Assembly: GCA_028534125.1 (NCBI GenBank)
Contig: CM052837.1
Coordinates: 35,960,001-36,024,000, forward strand
Direction: 5' to 3'
DNA: 64,000 nucleotides
Source: Lama glama
Lineage: Eukaryota
The position numbers were made by a program, and so were the translations under genes. Position 1 is the stretch's first letter. Every line of letters begins with the position of its first letter. Under the pieces are notes generated by a model, which was not told the origin of the DNA, searched no databases, and saw only the letters and a list, made by a program, of their open reading frames with translations. Below, piece by piece: positions 61,623 through 64,000 of the stretch.

Positions 61623-62741
61623 CGTGGCAAAGTCTGACATGCTCTCCGTAGCCAAAGAGGAATTCACAAGTGTCCACGCCTCACGTGCACTTTTCTCTTT
61701 TCATTCTTCTGTGTCTTTTAATGCTGATTACTGACAGCGAGACCTGAATGCATCAGGAAATCAGTGGATTCACTGTTTCCTGGTGCATCATCCACTCCTG
61801 GCCTCCCTCCGCTCACATCGCACATGAATTTGCTGGTGTCCAGTGTTATTTCTGGAAGGGAAATGAATTTTCAGCCTGACCAAGTTAAGTGACTCCAGTG
61901 ACCTTATGTGGAGAGGCCGATGAGGAAGGGGACAATGCTGAGATGCCACCACCTCTGACTCAACCTCGGGGGCCCTGCCGTTACACCTTGTCAGGAGGAG
62001 GGGGTGGTGTGCAGTGTCCAGAAGTCATTTTTCTAACTGACTCTTGGGAAACTGGGCCAAAGGTCTGACAAGCAGCTTGTGGCAGAACAGAGAAGGGACA
62101 GAGCCGCGGGGCTGGCCATGGCCGGTGGCCGTAATTTGTCCATTTCCTGGTCTGTTAACCTTTACAATCTTGTTTTAACACCATCGCTGTTTTAATCTGC
62201 CTTCGCCACGCGGACCTGAAACACGGATGCTGAGCTGAATACACAAACATGATGGAAAGCAAACGCCCCTCAGCGAGGGCCAAATGAGTGTGCACACACG
62301 CCCCCCTCCCCAGCAGGCACTGACCGAGACATTTTCCTTTTTAATATGTGTTTGCTTTTTTCTTTCATAAAAGCGCTAAGTAACATCATGACCTTCTGGA
62401 GTGCAAAAAGATTTTTAAAAATCCAAAAAGCTTTTTGATTCCATTTAAGAAGAAAAAGTCTTATTCTGAAAACCCATTTGATGCCCCACACTCATTATTT
62501 ATGGGTTTCTCCCGAATTATTTTTCGTGTAGTCTTTTTAAAAATGGGCATAAAACATAACGAACCTGGTAGCGCAAAAAAGGAAATTACACGCTGAGTGG
62601 TTGGCAGCCGTGAAACCGGCACTGATGTAATAAGATGAGGCTAAAAGCATTTGACTTTTTAAAGGAGTTTTCTGGCACGTGGACTCATGAAAGCGTCTGT
62701 GAGAGTCAGGGGTGGAAAAGGGCCAGCATCACGGATCCTCT

Positions 62742-62832
62742 CTGGGGCAGAGTCTCCCTACCTGGGGCAGAGTCTCCCTACCTGGCGCAGAGTCTCCCTA
62801 CCTGGGGCAGAGTCTCCCTACCTGGCGCAGAG
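62742..62832. repeat. 20-bp minisatellite, about 4.5 copies (CTGG[G/C]GCAGAGTCTCCCTAC)
   Basis: Exact 20-bp periodicity with a single variable position. Confidence 0.97.
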
Positions 62833-63547
62833 CTGTTTTTACTTGGGCCAGGTCGCCCTTGAGAACCGTCTGGCTCCTGGCAGAGTTCTCATTTGGGGCC
62901 TCACAGTTGGCTCGGGAGATTTTTATTAGGAATAAGAAAGGGTTTTCTTTGGCAAGTGGACGGTGCTATGCATTCATCTCATGGCTGGTTTGGAGACCTG
63001 GCCCGAGTGTAACCTGCCAGATCGGCCTCCCTCTGCGCCACCTCCCCGACCCCAATAGTCAGTCAACACCTGCTCCTTCCTCCCTCCCTCCAGCTTTCCC
63101 GCATCCCAAGAGCTCTCCACTTGTTAGATTTGAAGCTCCACTGATGCACAGATGAGCCCCACCCCACCCCCGCTTCTCTCCATCTCCACCCCTGGGGTGG
63201 CTTCCATGTCCCGGGCTGGAAGACAAGGGATCTAGCCCATCTGTATGCAGCTCGCGGTAACATGGGGTGCTCGGGCCAGCACACACCATTTAGGGGAGGG
63301 CAGATTTATTTTTAAACTGCACTGCTTGGCAGGGATGTGTCTTGACCATGTCAAGAAAACGCTAACTATAAATTTACCCAATGGCTCCAGTCAAATGGGA
63401 AGTTGCAGCTGTCAGTTTGAGAGCAAAGAATGTCAACGGATACACAAAGCGTCCTTCCCGCCGACAGGCTGGCCATGGCTGGTCCAAGTGGAGCCTCCAC
63501 GAAGCCCAGCAGGTGGTTGGCAGCGCCTAACGCTGCAGCCTGGAGTC

Positions 63548-63568
63548 GTCAGCACCCTGGACAGAGCT
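63548..63568 (+). promoter_or_regulatory. RE1/NRSE (REST binding site)
   Basis: GTCAGCACC-CT-GGACAG-AGCT versus consensus TTCAGCACC-NN-GGACAG-(C/A)GCC; both half-site cores are perfect with the canonical 2-bp spacer. Confidence 0.75.
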
Positions 63569-64000
63569 CCCCAGCCTGGAGCCCGTGCTCTTGGTGTCTG
63601 GGCTCCCGGCTGGACCGCGACTGCCCCCGGGCTCGGGGAGCGGCGGCCAGGCTCTGGAGCTTTGTTCTTTGCCCTTTGTTCTCACCGTTTCGCTTCGTGC
63701 TGTAGGAATGTTCGACAGGGCCCACTGCAGCTTTCCTCACTTCCTCTTGTCTTATTCGAGGGATTAATTCTGCAGCCCTGTGCGCTGGACGCTCACTCTT
63801 CCCGTCACTGGTCCCACCACCTGCACTTAATCATCGTCGCTCTTGGCTGGCGGTTGTGGCCAGCAGGATGCAGGCGTCACTGCTGAGGCTATCTGGATGC
63901 ATTTCCCAGGAAGCTGTCATGCGGGGGACACTCATGAACTCCTGGGTCAGAGAGCAGGAGCCCATGTTCCGTGCAGGGCCCGAGGCCACCACGGCAGCAT

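Noticed and set aside
62742-62832. CRISPR-like array or repeat protein (GAESPYL repeats)
   Set aside because: Head-to-tail units without spacers in a mammalian context; the 20-bp period is not codon-phased.
1-64000. Naming the host gene; scattered AP-1 and CTCF-like motifs
   Set aside because: No exon was recognised, so no gene can be assigned. The short motifs occur at about chance frequency or are only partial matches.

Overview
This window is mammalian (eutherian) non-coding DNA, most likely part of a very large intron or gene desert in a GC- and CpG-rich, probably subtelomeric region. I found no credible protein-coding exon, RNA gene or CRISPR array. The ORF track is GC-content noise except for decayed LINE-1 ORF1p fragments at about 48.1-48.65 kb. 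Recognisable content is ancient interspersed repeats (L1M, L2, MIR, MLT1 LTRs, and hAT DNA transposons MER20, MER45A, MER58A, MER117, Charlie1a), simple and tandem repeats, two assembly gaps, and AT-rich islands that look like constrained enhancers. A younger L1 3' end resembles Cetartiodactyla L1s, and I saw no CHR-2, Bov-tA, BovB or PRE-1 elements, so a camelid is tentatively suggested. Repeat names come from my recollection of consensus sequences, not from a database search. The most notable observations are: (1) extreme, patchy AT-to-GC conversion of transposon fossils, apparently turning L1 ORF2 DNA into CpG-island-like patches; (2) an 80-bp locally templated inverted duplication inside Charlie1a with strongly GC-biased divergence; (3) an internal inversion plus deletion in a 5'-intact L1; (4) a canonical REST/RE1 site at 63548; (5) dense homeodomain/CDX-HOX motif clusters. 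I cannot support a claim of a new gene system here.
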